Shown here piece after piece: positions 1 to 9,078 of a stretch of 64,000 nt of DNA (positions are counted from its first letter, which is position 1; each line of letters starts with the position of its first letter). Below the pieces are notes generated by a model. It was not told where the DNA came from, did not search any database, and saw only the letters and a program-made list of their open reading frames with translations. This DNA is from an uncultured Verrucomicrobiota bacterium (GTDB taxonomy: Bacteria; Verrucomicrobiota; Verrucomicrobiia; Limisphaerales; UBA9464): positions 19,756 through 83,755 of the forward strand of contig CAIWVP010000175.1 of NCBI GenBank assembly GCA_903916195.1, given 5' to 3'. The translations under genes and the position numbers were made by a program.

Positions 1-1376
1 AGCGAACCTTTGCGCAGCGCGACGCGCGTGAGGCCGCCGGGGACGATGACCGGCTTCTCGCCGTAGAGCACGAACGGTCGCAGGTCGACGTGCCGGCCCT
101 CGAACCGGCCGTCACCCACGTGCGTCGGATGCGTCGAGAGCGAGATCATCGGCTGGGCGATGTAGTTGCGCGGGTCCTTGAGCACGGCCTCGCGGAACTG
201 GTCCTGCTCGGCCTTCGTCGAGCGCGGGCCCATCAGCATGCCGTAGCCGCCGGATTCGTTGGCCGCTTTCACCACCAGCTTGTCGAGGTTCTCGACGATG
301 TACTTGCGGTCGGATTCCTCGCTCGCGAGATACGTCGGCACGTTCGGCAGGATCGGGTCCTGGCCGAGGTAGTACTTGATCATCTTCGGCACGAAGTGAT
401 ACATCACCTTGTCGTCGGCGATGCCGGTGCCGATGGAGTTGGCAAGGCTCACGTTGCCGGAGCGGTAGGCGTGGATGAGCCCGGGCACACCGAGCATCGA
501 GTCGCGCCGGAACACGGTCGGGTCGAGGAAGTCGTCGTCCACGCGCCGGTAGATCACGTGGACGGGCTGCAATCCCTTGGTCGTCCGCATGGAAACCCGG
601 GCGTCGCGCACGACCAGGTCGCGTCCCTCGACGATCTCGATGCCCATCTGGCGAGCAAGATAGGTGTGCTCGAAATAGGCGCTGTTGTGCGCGCCGGGCG
701 TGAGCAGCACCACCGTGGGATCCATCACGCCGGCGGGCGCGATGTGCTGGAGCATCTTGAGCAACTCCTGCGGATACTGGTCCACCGGCCGCACGCCGAT
801 GGCCTCGAACATCCCCGGGAACGACCGCTTCAAAGCGCGCCGGTTCTCGAGCACATAGCTCACGCCGGAGGGTGTCCGGCCGTTGTCCTCGAGCACCATC
901 CACGTGCCGTCGCCGCCGCGGATGAGATCGGTGCCGCAGATGTGGATGTAGATGTCCTTCGGCACCTCGAAGTTCACGAACTCACGGCGGAAATGTTTAC
1001 CGGACAAGATGTAGTAGGGCGGGACGACGCCGTCCTTCACGATCTTCTGCCCGTGGTACAGGTCGTGGAGGAAGAGGTTCAGCGCGGTGATGCGCTGGAT
1101 GAGCCCGCGCTCGATATACTCCCATTCCTTCGCCGGGATGATGCGAGGGATGAGGTCGAACGGGAAGATCCGCTCGGTGCCCTCCTTGTCGCCGTACACG
1201 TTGAACGTGATGCCCTGGCGGAGGAACGCGAGGTCCACCGCGCGACGCTTCTCGTCGAACTCGGCGGGCGTGAGCTCGTTGAAGAGCCGGGCGAATTTCT
1301 CGTAGTGGGGACGGAGCTGGCCGCGGGCACTGGCCATCTCGTCGAAGAAGCCGTTCGGGTCGTAGCTTTGCAGCAC
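1..1376 (-). CDS. circularly permuted ATP-grasp type 2 protein (C-terminus lies beyond the left window edge)
   Basis: Not in the ORF track because it runs off the edge; translated by hand. It reads [28 protein letters not shown]...[36 protein letters not shown]...[13 protein letters not shown]...[14 protein letters not shown], which is typical of this family. GTG at 1376 is the first start after an in-frame TGA. Confidence 0.8.
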   Translation of the reverse strand, partial: MLQSYDPNGFFDEMASARGQLRPHYEKFARLFNELTPAEFDEKRRAVDLAFLRQGITFNVYGDKEGTERIFPFDLIPRIIPAKEWEYIERGLIQRITALNLFLHDLYHGQKIVKDGVVPPYYILSGKHFRREFVNFEVPKDIYIHICGTDLIRGGDGTWMVLEDNGRTPSGVSYVLENRRALKRSFPGMFEAIGVRPVDQYPQELLKMLQHIAPAGVMDPTVVLLTPGAHNSAYFEHTYLARQMGIEIVEGRDLVVRDARVSMRTTKGLQPVHVIYRRVDDDFLDPTVFRRDSMLGVPGLIHAYRSGNVSLANSIGTGIADDKVMYHFVPKMIKYYLGQDPILPNVPTYLASEESDRKYIVENLDKLVVKAANESGGYGMLMGPRSTKAEQDQFREAVLKDPRNYIAQPMISLSTHPTHVGDGRFEGRHVDLRPFVLYGEKPVIVPGGLTRVALRKGS

Positions 1377-1503
1377 GGCTTTAGAGCAAAAGCGACGCGG
1401 GGCCCAGCGGCAAGCCTTTCAGCGACCCGGACCATAGATCGGATTCATGGTGCGGCGGCGGCCGTGTTGGACAACCGCCGTTCCCGACCGGATTCTCCCG
1501 CCC

Positions 1504-1824
1504 ATGCGACCGCTCGACCTCACCCCCATCGGCGAAGAACTGGCCATCCGTTGGGACGACGGAACGGAGAGCTTCACCCAGCTCGAGACCTTGCGCCGCT
1601 TCTGCCCGTGCGCGGCGTGCCTCGGCGAGAAGGACATCTTCGGAAACACCTACAAGGCTCCCGAACGGCCCTATGGCCCACGGGCTTTCCTGCTCGCGCG
1701 CCTCGGCTACGTCGGCAGCTACGGCGTGCAGCCCCAATGGGCAGACGGCCACGGCGCCGGTATCTACACGTGGGATTACCTCAAGCGCATCGCGGATCCC
1801 GCCGCTTCCAACGACAACGCCTGA
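1504..1824 (+). CDS. DUF971 domain protein (gamma-butyrobetaine hydroxylase-like N-terminal fold)
   Basis: Reads MRPLDLTPIGEELAIRWDDGTESF...LRRFCPCAAC...GVQPQWADGHGAGIYTWDYL, matching the DUF971 pattern. The start is taken at the internal Met (residue 20 of track ORF 1447..1824). Confidence 0.65.
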   Translation: MRPLDLTPIGEELAIRWDDGTESFTQLETLRRFCPCAACLGEKDIFGNTYKAPERPYGPRAFLLARLGYVGSYGVQPQWADGHGAGIYTWDYLKRIADPAASNDNA

Positions 1825-1841
1825 CGGATGCCGGAATACAA

Positions 1842-1879
1842 AGACGCCCGCCACCGCGCGGAGCGGAGGGCGGGCGTCT
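1842..1879. terminator. hairpin between convergent genes
   Basis: Arms of 11 bp, AGACGCCCGCC (1842-1852) and GGCGGGCGTCT (1869-1879). On the minus strand it is followed by TTTGTATT, so it fits termination of the 1902..2225 gene. Confidence 0.5.
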
Positions 1880-1901
1880 CGTAGAAAAACGGCGGTAAGC
1901 C

Positions 1902-2225
1902 TTACTTGGCCGCCGCGATCTTGCTGACGGCGAGCATCATCTTGCCGTCCTTCTCGGAAGGAACACCGGTCACGGTGATCTTCTTGGAGCCGGAGCAGAG
2001 GTTGTCACCGTGGAACGCCTTGCTGACGTCGCCGGTGAGGAAATAGGTCTTGGTCTTGTCGCCGCTCTTGACCTCGACGACGTTCTGGCATTTGTCGGCG
2101 ACCTTGAGGGCGCACTTGGCGCACTTGCCTTCACCGGTCAGGGTGACGGCCTTGTCTTCGGCGCGGAGAGTGGTGGCACCGAGCGCGAGCGCGGCGACGA
2201 CAGCGAACTTAAGCATGCTCTTCAT
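1902..2225 (-). CDS. small secreted protein with four Cys (CxxC...C...C), unknown function
   Basis: Signal peptide MKSMLKFAVVAALALGATTLRA. The mature part is Lys/Gly-rich with CAKCALKVADKC...NLCSG. Terminator hairpin downstream. Confidence 0.55.
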   Translation of the reverse strand: MKSMLKFAVVAALALGATTLRAEDKAVTLTGEGKCAKCALKVADKCQNVVEVKSGDKTKTYFLTGDVSKAFHGDNLCSGSKKITVTGVPSEKDGKMMLAVSKIAAAK

Positions 2226-2297
2226 AGATAGTATGGGGTACAGGGACGGTTCACCCGCGAATCAACCCGACTGCGACATGATTGGCAAGTGCGGTTT

Positions 2298-2900
2298 ATG
2301 AGCACCTTGGTCCTCTCAGGGGCCGTCCTCGCCGGTGGCCGTTCGACCCGGATGGGCCGCGACAAGGCCTCGCTCATCGTCCACGGCGAACCGCTGCTGC
2401 TCCGTCAGCTCCGGCTCCTGGCCGAAGCTGGCTGCGCCGATCGCCTCGTCTCATCGGGCGCATCTGCAAGCTGTCCTGCCCTCGCGCTCGTGCCGGACCC
2501 GGTCCGCATCGTCGCCGACCGGTCCGCCGATGCCGGTCCGTTGGCGGGTCTGGAACGGGTGCTGAGCGAAGCTCGGCACCAAATCGTCATCGTCATCGCC
2601 GTGGACCTGCCCGCGCTGGACGCCGGATTCCTCCGCGCGCTGCTCGCTGATGCCCGGCCCGGTGTCGGGATCGTGCCTTTGCGGAACGGCCAGCACGAAC
2701 CGCTCGTCGCCGTCTACCCGCGGGCCGCCGCAGCCGAAGCGCTCGCTCGACTCGGACGCGGAGAGTTCGCGCTGCGACCGTTCGTCCAAGCCGGAATCGC
2801 CGCGGGCTGGATGCAGGAGCGTCCGGTCGCCGCCGATGAGGACCGGTTCTTCACCCACTGGAACCGACCGGAAGACCTGCCGCCCGCGCAGCCGCACTGA
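2298..2900 (+). CDS. mobA: molybdenum cofactor guanylyltransferase
   Basis: N-terminal motif LSGAVLAGGRSTRMGRDKA and length match MobA. ATG at 2298 is preferred over GTG at 2289. Confidence 0.75.
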   Translation: MSTLVLSGAVLAGGRSTRMGRDKASLIVHGEPLLLRQLRLLAEAGCADRLVSSGASASCPALALVPDPVRIVADRSADAGPLAGLERVLSEARHQIVIVIAVDLPALDAGFLRALLADARPGVGIVPLRNGQHEPLVAVYPRAAAAEALARLGRGEFALRPFVQAGIAAGWMQERPVAADEDRFFTHWNRPEDLPPAQPH

Positions 2901-2975
2901 ACATCGGGCGGAAACTGCGCGTCCGTCCCGCAGACCACGCTTTCACGACACCTTGGTTTCCACCAATACTTCCCC

Positions 2976-5963
2976 ATGCCCCTGCGCCCGCTCCTCCTGC
3001 TCGGTCTTCTCGCGACCGTCCTCCGCCTCGCCGCCCAGACGCCCGAATGGATCTGGGGCTCCGCGACTCCCGAGAACGAGACCCGATATTTCCGCAGGAC
3101 CCTGACCATCCCGGCCGGCGTCCAACGCGGCATCCTCACGGTCGCGGCCGACAACTCCGCGGAAGTCCGCCTGAACGGCAAGGTGGTCGCCAAGAACACC
3201 TCTTGGGGCCAACCCAAGACGGTGAAGCTCGGCGAGCTCGCGGCCGGCCCGGCCACCCTCGAGGTCACCGCCGCGAACGAAGGCAGCGCCGCAGGATTGC
3301 TGCTCTCGCTCCAGCTTTTCCTGCGTGGCGACCAGCACGAGACCCTCGTGACCGACGCGACCTGGGAGACGTCGGCGGATGGCAAGTCCGGTTGGGTCGC
3401 CGCCAAGTCGCTCGGCGCCGTGGGCGTCCAGCCTTGGGGCGATGTGCTCAAACCCGCCGTCGCCACGCCGGCAGCATCGTTGCAGGTCGCCGATGGGTTC
3501 AAGGTCGAGCTCCTGCGCTCCGCCTCGGCCGAGGAAGGTTCCTGGGTCTCGATGACCGTCGACCCGAAAGGCCGCCTCATCGTGAGTCCGCAGGGGAATG
3601 AACCGATGGAGCGCATCACGCTCGATGCCTCCGGCCATGTCGCCAAGGTCGAGACCATCGACCTGCCGGTCCGCGCCGCCATGGGTCTCCTGTCCGCCTT
3701 CGACGCGCTCTACGTGAACGGCCAAGGTCCCGACGGCTACCATCTCTACCGCCTCCGCGACACCGACGGCGACGACCGCTACGACAAGGTAGAACTCGTC
3801 CGGAAATGGCAAGGCGGGCCCGGCGAACACGGCGCGCACGGCATCCTCAAGGGTCCCGACGACCACCTCTACGTCGTCTGCGGAAACTTCGTCGACGTCC
3901 CTTCGGACCAGACCGCGACGACCCGCGTGAAGCGCTACGCCGATGATCTCGTGCTGCCGCGCATGGAGGACGGCAACGGCTTCGGCGCCGGCCGCAAGCC
4001 GCCCGGTGGCTACGTCGTGCGCCTCGACAAGGACGGCGGCAACGCCGAGGTCTTCGCCGCCGGCCAGCGCAACACCTACGACATCGCGTTCAACACGGAC
4101 GGCGAGCTCTTCGGGTTCGATTCCGACATGGAATGGGATTGGGGTGCCCCTTGGTACCGCCCCACCCGCGCCTACCACATCGTCAGCGGGGGAGACCAAG
4201 GCTTCCGGGAAGGCAGCGCCAAATATCCCGTCTACTATGCCGATTCGCTGCCACCCGTGGTCGAGATCGGCATCGGATCGCCCACCGGCGTCCGCTTCGG
4301 CACCGGCGCGAAGTTCCCGGCCAAGTACCAGCAAGCGCTGTTCATGATGGATTGGAGCTACGGCCGCATCGTCGCCGTCCACCTCAAGGAATCGGGCTCG
4401 AGCTACCTCGGCAGCTTCGAGACCTTCGTCAAAGGCAAACCGCTCAACGTCACCGACCTCGAGGTCGGTCCGGACGGCGCCCTCTACTTCACCACCGGCG
4501 GACGCGGCACCCAGGCCGGCCTGTACCGCGTGAGCTACATCGGCGGCGAACGCACCGAGCCCTCGACGATGCGCACCGCGCAGTTCACCAAGGAGCAGGC
4601 CGCGCGCAAACAACGCCGCGACCTCGAGCGCTACCACTCGGTCGAGGACGAATCCGCGCTGCCCAAGATCTGGGCCGGACTCGCCTCACCGGACCGCCAC
4701 GTCCGCTTCGCCGCCCGCATCGCGCTCGAATCGCAACCGGTCGGCAGCTGGAAGGACAAGGCCATCGCCGAGACCGATGCCAAGGCCGGACTCACCGCGC
4801 TGCTGGCGCTCGCCCGCCTCGGGACGACCGCCGACCAGGTGCCCCTGCTCAAGGCCATCGCGCGGTGGCCGCTCGATTCGCTCGACCAGGAATGGAAGCT
4901 CAACAAGCTCCGGGTCATCGAGGTCAGCTTCGCCCGCCATGGCATCCCGGAGGAGGTCCGACCGCTCGCCATCGAAAAGCTCGGCAATCAGTTCCCGGCC
5001 GGCTCCTGGCCGCTGGACCGCGAGCTGTCGCAGATCCTCATCGCGCTCGACGCTCCGGGGATCGTCCCGAAGGTGCTCGCGCTCCGCGACAACTCCGCCA
5101 CGCAGGAGGAGCAGATCCACTACCAGGCCTCGCTGCGCAAGGCGAAGTCCGGATGGACCCTCGACGACCGCCGCCGTTACTTCGCTTGGTTCAGCCGACC
5201 GCAGCAGCAGGACGGCGGCGCGACCTTCCCCAACGGCGGCAACGACGCCACCAGCCGCAGCATCCGGCATCCGGACTTCTTCGTGAAATGGTTCAAGGAC
5301 GTGGGCCTCGACGCCGGCAACGGCGCCAGCCTGGAGAACTTCCTCAAGAACCTGCGCAAAGAAGTCGTCACCTCGCTGCCCGACAACGAGAAAGGCGAGC
5401 TCGCCTCCCTCATCACCGGCCAAGCGCCCGCGGTCGCGAAGCCCGCGGCCAAGCAGCGCGCCTTCGTGAAGGACTGGAAGACCGACGACCTCTCCGCCGC
5501 GTTGCCCAAGACCGCGAGCGGACGCCGCTTCGCCCGCGCACAAGAAGTCTACACCGCCGCCCAATGCGCCCTCTGCCACCAGTTCAACGGCCAGGGCGGA
5601 GCGGTCGGCCCCGATCTCACCGGCGTCGGCACGCGGTACGCACCGTTGGACATCCTCAAGTCGCTCACCGAGCCAAGCGCGGTCATCTCCGAACAATACC
5701 AAGCCCTCACATTCACCCTGAAGAACGGCGACGAGGTGACCGGCCGTATCGTCGAAGACGCTGCGGACAAGCTCATCGTCGTCACCGACCCGCTTCACAA
5801 CGGCAAGACCGAGATCAAGAAATCCGACGTCGCCTCCCGGCAAGCCTCGAAGGTCTCGCCCATGCCAGAAGGATTGCTGAACAACTTCAGCCAGGACGAG
5901 ATCCTCGACCTGCTCGCCTACCTCTTGGCCAACGGCAAGCCCGACGCGGCGGCGTTCAAATAG
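2976..5963 (+). CDS. secreted beta-propeller 'membrane-bound dehydrogenase' domain / HEAT-repeat / c-type heme-binding (CxxCH) protein, Pirellula-Verrucomicrobium type
   Basis: 995 aa with a signal peptide. The central region resembles glucose/sorbosone dehydrogenase. The C-terminus has CALCHQFNGQGGAVGPDLTGVG, a cytochrome c motif. Confidence 0.75.
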   Translation: MPLRPLLLLGLLATVLRLAAQTPEWIWGSATPENETRYFRRTLTIPAGVQRGILTVAADNSAEVRLNGKVVAKNTSWGQPKTVKLGELAAGPATLEVTAANEGSAAGLLLSLQLFLRGDQHETLVTDATWETSADGKSGWVAAKSLGAVGVQPWGDVLKPAVATPAASLQVADGFKVELLRSASAEEGSWVSMTVDPKGRLIVSPQGNEPMERITLDASGHVAKVETIDLPVRAAMGLLSAFDALYVNGQGPDGYHLYRLRDTDGDDRYDKVELVRKWQGGPGEHGAHGILKGPDDHLYVVCGNFVDVPSDQTATTRVKRYADDLVLPRMEDGNGFGAGRKPPGGYVVRLDKDGGNAEVFAAGQRNTYDIAFNTDGELFGFDSDMEWDWGAPWYRPTRAYHIVSGGDQGFREGSAKYPVYYADSLPPVVEIGIGSPTGVRFGTGAKFPAKYQQALFMMDWSYGRIVAVHLKESGSSYLGSFETFVKGKPLNVTDLEVGPDGALYFTTGGRGTQAGLYRVSYIGGERTEPSTMRTAQFTKEQAARKQRRDLERYHSVEDESALPKIWAGLASPDRHVRFAARIALESQPVGSWKDKAIAETDAKAGLTALLALARLGTTADQVPLLKAIARWPLDSLDQEWKLNKLRVIEVSFARHGIPEEVRPLAIEKLGNQFPAGSWPLDRELSQILIALDAPGIVPKVLALRDNSATQEEQIHYQASLRKAKSGWTLDDRRRYFAWFSRPQQQDGGATFPNGGNDATSRSIRHPDFFVKWFKDVGLDAGNGASLENFLKNLRKEVVTSLPDNEKGELASLITGQAPAVAKPAAKQRAFVKDWKTDDLSAALPKTASGRRFARAQEVYTAAQCALCHQFNGQGGAVGPDLTGVGTRYAPLDILKSLTEPSAVISEQYQALTFTLKNGDEVTGRIVEDAADKLIVVTDPLHNGKTEIKKSDVASRQASKVSPMPEGLLNNFSQDEILDLLAYLLANGKPDAAAFK

Positions 5964-5993
5964 CCTTCCAGAGAACGGTGCGGTTCGACGCCA

Positions 5994-6026
5994 ACGGCCG
6001 GGGAGATTCCCCGGCCGTTTTGCTTT
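5994..6026 (+). terminator. rho-independent terminator
   Basis: Arms ACGGCCGGGG / CCCCGGCCGT with a 5-nt loop, followed by TTTGCTTT. It lies 31 nt after the stop at 5963. Confidence 0.7.
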
Positions 6027-6066
6027 CCGACGCCCTCCAACCAAAGCGGTCTGCAGGGTCTAGGCT

Positions 6067-6390
6067 CTAGCGGTCCTCGCCCTGGCTTAGATGGCGTGCT
6101 CGGGGATGCTCCTGCTCCAATCCGATGGCGCGGACCCTCCGACCGAGACGAGCCACATCACCCTGCAACTGCCGGAGGCCGACCTGGGCTTCCACTTCGG
6201 ACGCAAACCCAGAAGGAGACGGTCGACCCAGCTCCAGCCGTTCCAATCCAATCACCCTGTCCTGCAAACGCCGGACCTGGATCGTCGTGGAGATGCAGTA
6301 ACCGCACAAAGCGATGAGAGCGACACAGGGGAGAAACGGCTTCTCGATCTTCACGGCCGCTCGGACCCGAGGAGGTCGTCCGGCGTTCAA
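6067..6390 (-). CDS. hypothetical small membrane-anchored coiled-coil protein
   Basis: One hydrophobic helix (PFLPCVALIALCGYCISTTI) followed by a heptad-like Q/R/L/E-rich segment. No family recognised, and it could be a GC artefact. Confidence 0.3.
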   Translation of the reverse strand: MNAGRPPRVRAAVKIEKPFLPCVALIALCGYCISTTIQVRRLQDRVIGLERLELGRPSPSGFASEVEAQVGLRQLQGDVARLGRRVRAIGLEQEHPRARHLSQGEDR

Positions 6391-6492
6391 AGTCCTGATG
6401 TCTCACACCGCAGTCGAATCGGTTCCGAGGAACGAATCCATCCCCGATGACGTGGTTGCCTTTGCCCTGCTTCGCACGAAGTCCGCGAGGTT

Positions 6493-6522
6493 TTGGAGTG
6501 CGGTAGTCCTCTACCGCTTTCG
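6493..6522. repeat. REP element, left arm
   Basis: Sequence TTGGAGTGCGGTAGTCCTCTACCGCTTTCG. It contains the internal hairpin GCGGTAG-TCCT-CTACCGC. Confidence 0.8.
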
Positions 6523-6573
6523 CTCCGCACCACAATCTTGCTTCGAAAACTCACAGCCATCTACCGTCCGCTG

Positions 6574-7143
6574 ATGCCCCAGCCTCCCACACCGTGGCCG
6601 CGCGCGCCTTCGCACGCGCTCGCGCTCGGTGGCACCTTCTTTGTAACCGCGGGCACGCTTCACAAGGTCCACCATTTCCGCGGCGCGGACCGCCTCCGGG
6701 TGCTGGAGCGGGGCCTGCTCACTGTCGCCCGCGACTTCGGCTGGCTACTGGAAGCGTGGGCGGTGTTCTCGAACCACTATCACTTCGTCGCGCATTCCCC
6801 GGCGGACGCGACGGATGCGACCAGCCTGTCGGCCATGTTGAAGACGCTCCATGTGAAGACCGCCGGTTGGCTGAACCGGCTCGACGCGATGCCGGAACGG
6901 CCGGTGTGGTTCAACTACCGGGACACCCGCCTCACCCACCAGCGATCCTACTTCGCACGGCTGAATTACGTGCATCAGAACCCGGTGAAGCACGGCCTTG
7001 TGCCGGTGGCGAACCAATATCCGTGGTGCTCCGCGGCATGGTTCGAACGCACCGTGTCGTCCGCGAAGGTGAAGAGCATCTACCGGTTCAAGACGGACAA
7101 GGTGGCGGTGCCGGATGAGTTTGAGCCGGATGCGGATTGGTGA
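6574..7143 (+). CDS. REP-associated tyrosine transposase (IS200-like Y1 transposase family)
   Basis: HUH motif in FSNHYHFVAH and catalytic-Tyr region NYVHQNPVKHGLV. About 190 aa, no tnpB partner, flanked by REPs. The start is set at the Met after the REP-encoded N-terminal extension of the track ORF. Confidence 0.75.
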   Translation: MPQPPTPWPRAPSHALALGGTFFVTAGTLHKVHHFRGADRLRVLERGLLTVARDFGWLLEAWAVFSNHYHFVAHSPADATDATSLSAMLKTLHVKTAGWLNRLDAMPERPVWFNYRDTRLTHQRSYFARLNYVHQNPVKHGLVPVANQYPWCSAAWFERTVSSAKVKSIYRFKTDKVAVPDEFEPDADW

Positions 7144-7153
7144 ACCTCGGAGG

Positions 7154-7175
7154 GAAAGCGGTTGTACTCTACCGC
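7154..7175. repeat. degenerate REP-like hairpin
   Basis: GAAAGCGGTTGTACTCTACCGC shares GAAAGCGGT...TACCGC with the right arm. The loop and tail have diverged. Confidence 0.35.
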
Positions 7176-7235
7176 GTTGGCCGGGGCGTGCAGTGGGGAC
7201 CACGGGCTCACGTTTTCGGAGGACCGTCCGGTGGC

Positions 7236-7265
7236 CGAAAGCGGTAGAGGACTACCGCACTCCAA
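7236..7265. repeat. REP element, right arm (inverted)
   Basis: CGAAAGCGGTAGAGGACTACCGCACTCCAA is the exact reverse complement of 6493-6522. Confidence 0.8.
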
Positions 7266-7306
7266 GACGCTGGCGCGAGGAAGGGACGTGCCCTATGGCC
7301 CGGAAC

Positions 7307-7717
7307 CTAGAAGCGCACCGCATTGTTCGCAGGTGTCGTATCGAGCTCAGGTGGATGGACGCGGATGAAGTGCAAGTGTAAGCGGCCACCCCACGAATGA
7401 ATCGTGCGCAACGGGTTTGCCGCTCTGGCTCGGAGAAAAAGCCAGCCGTCCGTCGCCATCTCGGCGATTTTCGCGTCCATCTCACGCTCCTTGCCGCCTT
7501 TCCAACCAGAACGGAACTCAAGGTAGAAGGACAAGCTCTCGGCATCTTCATGCTTCGCCAACAACGCTCGCGCTCGACGTTCCATCCGGATTCGACGCAG
7601 AAGGACCAATACGACGACGAAAAGCAACCCGGCTGCGTGAACGAGAAGTATTAAAATGAATGGTATGTTCAAAACCGTGTGATCCGGATTGAAAAATGAT
7701 ACCACAATCAGCGCCAT
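7307..7717 (-). CDS. hypothetical membrane protein with a DUF4177-like C-terminal region
   Basis: The N-terminal TM region (IPFILILLVHAAGLLFVVVLVLL) is encoded in a low-GC stretch. The C-terminal part, KIAEMATDGWLFLRA...LHLHFIR, resembles DUF4177. Start uncertain. Confidence 0.4.
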   Translation of the reverse strand: MALIVVSFFNPDHTVLNIPFILILLVHAAGLLFVVVLVLLRRIRMERRARALLAKHEDAESLSFYLEFRSGWKGGKEREMDAKIAEMATDGWLFLRARAANPLRTIHSWGGRLHLHFIRVHPPELDTTPANNAVRF

Positions 7718-7888
7718 CGAGTCGCACATATCGGAATCGCGATGGCCGTTCGCTGTTCATTCATAGAACCAAGTCAGTCGTATAATGATGTCTATTTGGG
7801 ACGCTGCAATCCAGATAAAACGAATTCGTGCCCTGACGTAGGGGAAGGAAAATGAGATGGGCTCTTTGGATGACATAACTGTTAGTAA

Positions 7889-7924
7889 ACCGCAACGAAC
7901 AACGTTTTTATCGTTCGTTGCGGT
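7889..7924. terminator. 12-bp perfect stem hairpin downstream of dnaN
   Basis: Arms ACCGCAACGAAC / GTTCGTTGCGGT with a 12-nt T-rich loop, in an AT-rich tract 42 nt after the dnaN stop. Confidence 0.55.
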
Positions 7925-7965
7925 GTTGCTATGCACAGCAAAAGGCCACGCCGCGAGTTGCCTCC

Positions 7966-9078
7966 TCAGCTCATCCGCATCGGCATGATGACGTAGAGGA
8001 ACGGCGTGTTTGTCTTCAACACGCCGGGGCTCAGCTCGTCGATCAGCTCGAAGAACACCTCGTCGCTGTCCAGCGCCTTGAGCGGGTCGAGCATGTAGCC
8101 GGGATTGAAGGCGATGGCGAAGTCCTTGCCCTTGTAATTGATGGCCAGGTTCTCGCGGGCCTCGCCGACCTCGGGGGTGTTGGCGGTGATCGAGAGCTGG
8201 TTGCGGCTGAAGCTGAGCTTCACCGAGTTGCTCTTGTCGCTGGTCATCAGCTCGGCGCGGCGCAGGGCGCCGAGGAGCTCTTCGCGGGCGAGGGTGATGC
8301 GCTCCTGACATTCGCCGGGGATGACTTGCCGGTAGTTCGGATAGTTGCCGTCCACCAGCTTGGTGACGATGAGAACGCCGGGCCCACCTTCGACCGTGCT
8401 GGTGGTGAAGGCGGCTTGGTTCTCTGAGAACTTGAGCTCGACGTTACCGACGCTGCCCAGCAGGCGGTTGAGCTCGTTGATGGCCTTGGTGGGGACGATG
8501 AAATCGGCCTGGCTCTCCGCGGGGACCTCAGCGTCCTCATCGGTCATGGCGAGGCGGCGTCCGTCGGTGGCAACGAGGGCGATCTTATGGTCCTTGAGGC
8601 TAAAAAAGATACCGTTGAGCACGTAGCGGGTCTCGTCGGTGGAGACGGCGAAGCTGGTCTTGCGCAGCATGGCCTTGAGCTTGTCCTGGGGCAAGGTGAC
8701 CGCGCGGGCTTGCTTGAATACGGGCATGGGCGGGAACTCATCCGCGGCGAGGCCGTTGATCTTGTAGAACGATGCCCCGGCGCGCAGGGTGCAGACGGAT
8801 TTATCGTCGATCTCCAGCTCGATCTCGCTGGCCGGCAGCTCGCGGGCGATGCCGAAGAGCTTTTTGACCGGCAATGTCGCTTTGCCCTCCTTCTCGACCG
8901 TCGCGGCGACGGTGCTGCAGATGGTGACGTCGAGGTCGGTGGCGGTGAGCTCGAGTTTGCCGGCAGAGGCGGAGAGCAGAACGTTGGAAAGGATGGGCAG
9001 GGTGGTGCGCGTGCCGACCACGTTCTGCACCGCCTGAAGGCCGTTGAGGAGGTGTTCCTTGGCGATCGTGAGTTTCAT
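7966..9078 (-). CDS. dnaN: DNA polymerase III beta sliding clamp
   Basis: Reads MKLTIAKEHLLNGLQAVQNVVGTRTTLPILSNVLL...LVDGNYPNYRQVIP...FLYVIMPMRMS. Start taken at Met77 of the track ORF. Confidence 0.95.
   Translation of the reverse strand: MKLTIAKEHLLNGLQAVQNVVGTRTTLPILSNVLLSASAGKLELTATDLDVTICSTVAATVEKEGKATLPVKKLFGIARELPASEIELEIDDKSVCTLRAGASFYKINGLAADEFPPMPVFKQARAVTLPQDKLKAMLRKTSFAVSTDETRYVLNGIFFSLKDHKIALVATDGRRLAMTDEDAEVPAESQADFIVPTKAINELNRLLGSVGNVELKFSENQAAFTTSTVEGGPGVLIVTKLVDGNYPNYRQVIPGECQERITLAREELLGALRRAELMTSDKSNSVKLSFSRNQLSITANTPEVGEARENLAINYKGKDFAIAFNPGYMLDPLKALDSDEVFFELIDELSPGVLKTNTPFLYVIMPMRMS

Larger units (their letters stand above)
6493..7265. mobile_element. REP-RAYT unit: a Y1 transposase-like gene bracketed by 30-bp perfect inverted REP hairpin sequences
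   Basis: See the component features below. The arms at 6493-6522 and 7236-7265 are exact reverse complements. Confidence 0.7.

Noticed and set aside
90-1898. 602-aa plus-strand ORF from the track, together with similar very long ORFs (2943..4637-, 4133..6070+, 9816..11336-, 11378..13891+, 11388..14435-, 18745..21612+, 23623..25260+, 53972..56416+, 62270..63997-)
   Set aside because: Their translations are Arg/Pro/Gly/Ala-rich low-complexity strings with no recognisable motifs. Each lies antisense to, or out of frame with, a gene that has clear family signatures. These are typical stop-codon-poor shadow ORFs of high-GC DNA.
6574-7143. An active IS200/IS605 insertion sequence
   Set aside because: There is no tnpB/iscB partner and only a single copy in the window. 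The flanks are short identical hairpin REPs rather than distinct left and right IS ends. This fits a domesticated RAYT better, although genome-wide copy counts are needed.
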